From NCBI GenBank assembly GCA_001179505.1, contig CDMY01000778.1:1-20632 (forward strand): a stretch of DNA of 20,632 nt, given 5' to 3'. Made by a program: the position numbers and the translations under genes. Of this stretch, positions 18,559 through 20,632 are shown one piece after another. The notes under the pieces are model-generated. The model ran no database searches and was not told the origin of the DNA. It was given only the letters and a program-made list of their open reading frames with translations. Origin of the DNA: Vitrella brassicaformis CCMP3155 (taxonomy: Eukaryota > Protista > Chromerida). How positions within the stretch are numbered: the stretch's first letter is position 1; the number at the start of each line of letters is the position of its first letter.

Positions 18559-18939
18559 TTCTGTAGCTGATTCCGATGCGGTTCCGCTTGGACACGTCAA
18601 GACATCATTGCTGTCACGTTGCGTGTGTTCCAGCAGATCTCGAGGTGGCTCTTCCGATCTCAAGCACGCTCCCAACCATCATTCACGAGGCAGGCAGAGT
18701 CAGCGCATTAGTGAGTAAAGCCAATGGGCGCGGTGAGTGCTTCTACGGAAGGGAATCTCTCCCAACCAACCTCACTGACTCGCCTTGCTTCACCAACCTC
18801 ACTGACTCGCCTTGCTTCAGTGTGTCGAGCTACATAGCTTGGAAGCGAACAGAGAACAACGGATAGTAACGCACCCCGATCGGATGCTTCTTGCCTACTG
18901 GGCGAGCCACAGCAAAAACGTCAGGCCCAGTTGCATTCA
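18559..18939 (+). repeat. Direct repeat copy B, with an internal 27-bp tandem duplication (18765-18818)
   Basis: ACCAACCTCACTGACTCGCCTTGCTTC twice; otherwise near-identical to copy A. Confidence 0.95.
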
Positions 18940-19512
18940 GAGCACAAGATAACCAACTACAGCCTCATCGGAAGTAATTCAAAAGGGGGGGGGAAGCGGT
19001 TCACGCGCAGAGCAATTGAAAAAGGGGGGGGAGCGGTTTACGCGCAGAGCGAGTGGCCTCACACGATGTCCGAAGTCCACACGTACACAAACGAAAGAGG
19101 CGAGCGAGAAGCGCAAGAGGCGAAAAGCCCACCATCAACATCGCCCCCGCCGCCTACTTCGGGATGGGAGCGGTTGTGCTCGCCGACGTGCATAAGTACT
19201 TCAAGTAGATCAGCAGATGTATAAGTTTGATTCGTTGTATGTTTATGAACAGCATCAAATGTAGTTACTCTATTTTCATCTTTTGCTGGTATAGATGATA
19301 TCAGAATTGGAAATGTGGTTAAACACATAGAACGGGCGACGAAGTTCGTCTAAGCCTCAGTTCATACCAAGCAAGCAAAAGGGAACACAAACATGCAAAG
19401 CCAATGAACAACGCTCATTGACTGCAAACAAATGCATGTCTCACACTGCAAATAGGCGTGAGACATGCACCACGATACACATACACACAGCATCTAGCCA
19501 GCCACCTCACAG

Positions 19513-20427
19513 CCCCGGAGCGGGGCTGTGTGTGGCCTATACGGCCCGCGGTACAACGCCCTGAAGCAGCTGGATCCGACGCATGAGTTCGTGCAACTTA
19601 CCGATAGCTTTATGGAGAACAAATATCGGACTGCGCAGCGCAGCAAGAGTAGCGAAATCAGTGACCGCATGAAGAAGGCTCATGAAGACGCCCAGGCAGC
19701 CGCATCCAACAGTCCCGGGCGTGCAAGACAAGACGGTCGCCATTACGTCGCTGCATGGAAGACGGCAGCTGAGCTACCTGATGACGTCGGGGCATCCAAG
19801 CTCCTTAAAGAATATCCAGCATATTACAAACGGGCCCTCAAGGACCTCAGAGAGCAACACCTTCAGGTCATCGACTCGAATATCCCCGGGGCTGGCCGAG
19901 GCCTTGTATCTCTTTTACCACTACGCGCATGTGACTCATTCCGAGGTATCAAGGGCGTTCTTCTGCCTGGCAACTTGAGCAGTTGGGGTATTCATGAGAA
20001 GTGTCTTGAGTATTTGAGACGGGACCACAAGGAGCGATGGTGTCAGCCGACAACGTCGTACACATTTTATGCGTTTGAGGTCATCGAGAAGGGGACGGAT
20101 TCAAGAGCTCAACATGGTGCGTTTCTCTATACGTGCCCAGAGATCGAACCATTATGCCTAATCAACGTCGCTCCTCCAGGAGCAGTCGGCAATATGGTCA
20201 TTGATACTACAGAACGACCGGGTGGTCACCGAAACGATAATATGTGGATACCGGACGACAAACGTTTTGACGCCTTTCGGGAAGTCTTCTGTAAGAACGA
20301 TCCTTTCCATTCGGAGGCCACGTTTATGGTATTAAAGGACTACGCGGGCACGATAGCGCCAGGGACTGAGCTTTTGACAGACACGTACAAGCTGGATAAA
20401 CTCTGGAGCATGCAAATCGGTCCGTAG
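19513..20427 (+). CDS. Divergent SET/PR-like domain protein (last or main exon; 5' end uncertain)
   Basis: LQVIDSNIPGAGRGLV (SET motif I), LINVAPP...NMV (in place of RFINHS), IAPGTELLTDTY (GEELxxDY-like). In-frame stop at 19495; candidate acceptor CTCACAG ends 19512; first ATG at 19612. Confidence 0.65.
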   Translation, partial: PRSGAVCGLYGPRYNALKQLDPTHEFVQLTDSFMENKYRTAQRSKSSEISDRMKKAHEDAQAAASNSPGRARQDGRHYVAAWKTAAELPDDVGASKLLKEYPAYYKRALKDLREQHLQVIDSNIPGAGRGLVSLLPLRACDSFRGIKGVLLPGNLSSWGIHEKCLEYLRRDHKERWCQPTTSYTFYAFEVIEKGTDSRAQHGAFLYTCPEIEPLCLINVAPPGAVGNMVIDTTERPGGHRNDNMWIPDDKRFDAFREVFCKNDPFHSEATFMVLKDYAGTIAPGTELLTDTYKLDKLWSMQIGP

Positions 20428-20632
20428 TTCGACTAGTAGTAGTAGTGTGTTACAGAACACTACTATCGGATGGCATAGTGAGTGAACGAACATGGATGTC
20501 TTCAATGTCGGTGAACTTGTTGCTCGACTCATGGTACAAGTATGATATCTCAATACGAGGCCTTTATCTTCTCCAACGACATCAGACATCCATTAGTGTC
20601 GCCATCAACTCAAGTCAACTTGATGGCTCCCT

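Overview
Eukaryotic, intron-bearing, repeat-rich DNA; the taxon cannot be fixed from the sequence, though short GT-AG introns in GC-rich DNA suggest a protist or alga. Four gaps are each exactly 300 N, so they are probably placeholders. Main contents: (1) A near-complete minus-strand Ty1/copia LTR retrotransposon (1594-8384) with a multi-transmembrane extension in frame with Gag, a primer site that reads as the anticodon half of tRNA-Lys(CUU), an extra CxxC-x31-CxxC segment before integrase, a VMDD RT motif, about 90% identical LTRs and no target-site duplication. (2) A long inverted repeat (1-1593 vs 14693-16347) carrying a small signal-peptide/Cys-rich ORF; the left copy is cut at its start by the copia LTR. 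(3) A block of diverged duplications and ~170-bp tandem units (about 8700-12150). (4) A six-exon minus-strand gene (12726-14446, 388 aa as modelled) with three divergent FKBP-like domains, visible only after splicing ORF fragments. (5) A 5'-truncated CRE-like non-LTR retrotransposon (zinc knuckle plus restriction-like endonuclease) between two ~354-bp direct repeats. (6) A divergent SET/PR-like ORF (19513-20427). Domain calls are by motif recognition and identities are by eye; no database search was run.
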